Shown piece after piece: positions 62,743 to 64,000 of a stretch of 64,000 nucleotides of DNA; positions within the stretch are counted from its first letter, which is position 1, and the number at the start of each line of letters is the position of its first letter. The stretch is from an uncultured Planctomycetaceae bacterium (GTDB taxonomy: Bacteria; Planctomycetota; Planctomycetia; Isosphaerales; Isosphaeraceae), in the NCBI GenBank assembly GCA_963833985.1, contig CAWIAD010000002.1:5664001-5728000 (forward strand), given 5' to 3'. Made by a program: the position numbers and the translations under genes. A model generated the notes under the pieces. It ran no database searches. It saw only the letters and a list, made by a program, of their open reading frames with translations, and was not told where the DNA came from.

Positions 62743-63779
62743 TTCGATCCTCGCGCCGCCAGTTCGGCCCGCGCCCGAGCCATCACGGTCTCGATCGTTA
62801 CCGGCTTGCCGCCCTGGCGTTTGCTCTCATCGGCCGCTTCCATGAACGCGAAGATCTCGATGGTCTCCGCGGTCGAGACCGGCGGCTTGCCGGTGCGGAA
62901 GAACTTGCAGATCTCGACGACCAGCGGCTCGTAGCCGGCATAGCCCCCGCTGGGAGCAATTCCCTTTGAGCCAAAGACCGTCGCGCCGTAGTCGGAAGCC
63001 CCCTGCCGCAGGCCGCGGAACGTGCCGATCCGGCCACCTTTCCAGACGCCCGCGGCGAGGTCGGTCCCCTCCGTCTGAACGCGCGTCACCGACTGGCAGC
63101 CCGTCCCCATGATCGTGAACAGCGACTCCACACCGTGCACACCGTACCAGAAGAGGTCGGGATGATGCTCTTCCAGATGGCACGGGCCATAAGCATCGCA
63201 GCCGATCACTTCGCCCACCTTGGAGTTGATCCTCATCCCGGCGATCCCCGGGCTGAACCGCAGCGACGAGCTCGAGAAGCAGGGCGTGCCGGTTTCTCGG
63301 GCCAGGTCGTAAATGGCAATCGCGTCGGCCAGCGAGCCCGCGACGGGCTTGTCGATGAAGATCGGCTTGCGCGCCTTGAAAACGGGGCGGGCCTGCTCCC
63401 GGTGAGGCCGGCCGTCCACGCTTTCCAGCAAGACGACGTCGACCTTCTTGAGCAGCTCGTCGATCGAGGCCACGATCTCGACCCCGTACTTCTCGCGCAG
63501 CTCTTTGGTATAGCCCTCCACGCGGTCGCGGCTGGAAGGGATGTCCGGACTGCCTCCGGGATAGCCGGCCACGATGCGTATTCCGGCCAGCTCGGCCCGG
63601 GGATGCGGGTCATTGAGAAGCTGCGTGAACGCGGTCACGTGCGAGGTATCCAGGCCGATGATGCCCGCCCGCAAGGGCCTGGCCGCGGGCTCGTCCGCGC
63701 TCGCCGTCGCGCAGCAGAGAGACAGGCCCGACATCGCGAACCCGAGCAGCAATCCGAGGAACAGCAGGCGATACAGCAC
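62739..63779 (-). CDS. Gfo/Idh/MocA oxidoreductase (secreted)
   Basis: GIIGLDTSH, ESVDGRPH, FIDKPVA, SSSSLRF, WYGVHGVE. Confidence 0.9.
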   Translation of the reverse strand: MLYRLLFLGLLLGFAMSGLSLCCATASADEPAARPLRAGIIGLDTSHVTAFTQLLNDPHPRAELAGIRIVAGYPGGSPDIPSSRDRVEGYTKELREKYGVEIVASIDELLKKVDVVLLESVDGRPHREQARPVFKARKPIFIDKPVAGSLADAIAIYDLARETGTPCFSSSSLRFSPGIAGMRINSKVGEVIGCDAYGPCHLEEHHPDLFWYGVHGVESLFTIMGTGCQSVTRVQTEGTDLAAGVWKGGRIGTFRGLRQGASDYGATVFGSKGIAPSGGYAGYEPLVVEICKFFRTGKPPVSTAETIEIFAFMEAADESKRQGGKPVTIETVMARARAELAARGSK

Positions 63780-63916
63780 GTGAGGATCTCCCGAGTCAGA
63801 GGTCGACCCGCGCCGGCATGCGGCCCGGCGCATGACCGAACATCATCGGCGGCAGGGCCGGGCAATGCAACGCCCGCGCGAGCCATTTCTCGATGGCTCG
63901 GTGCGGGACTCGGGGA

Positions 63917-64000
63917 TCAGCGGCGATCTCGTCCCGCGATCCAGTCAGGCGGTGGCTCATCTTTGAGATGGTGATCGAAGAACTGCTGGGCGCGTTGCTG
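63917..64000 (-). CDS. C-terminus of a probable S9 prolyl oligopeptidase-family protein (5' end outside window)
   Basis: Manual translation QQRAQQFFDHHLKDEPPPDWIAGRDRR*. Confidence 0.5.
   Translation of the reverse strand, partial: QQRAQQFFDHHLKDEPPPDWIAGRDRR

Noticed and set aside
1..64000. tRNA, rRNA or riboswitch genes
   Set aside because: None recognised by eye; a tRNAscan-SE/Infernal run would be needed to exclude structured RNAs in the long intergenic regions.

Overview
GC-rich bacterial chromosome segment, most likely Planctomycetota (Isosphaeraceae-like), inferred from a DUF1559 prepilin-like protein and a PVC-type heme-binding CxxCH protein. The backbone is metabolic and envelope genes: EmrAB-type efflux, GH3, GH29, GH13 with a sugar MFS, sialate O-acetylesterase, LemA-DUF2207, OprO/P porin, B12 radical SAM, hldD-hldE, ABC transporter, P450 and Gfo/Idh/MocA oxidoreductases. 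The accessory features are: (i) three near-identical tandem Uma2 endonuclease genes differing almost only in the number of 21-nt heptad units in the C-terminal tail; (ii) a 27-32.4 kb island where three copies of a 290-500 bp transposase-derived element alternate with co-oriented cargo and toxin-antitoxin genes, like a cassette array without an integrase; (iii) two complete IS elements (ISKra4-like, IS1634-like) with TIRs and target duplications; (iv) REP/REPIN palindromes, heptamer repeats and a small MITE, two of which supply stop codons of host genes; (v) many toxin-antitoxin modules with a broken toxin. Several single-base frameshifts fall in short homopolymers and may be long-read errors. 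All family assignments come from motif recognition by eye; no database searches were run.
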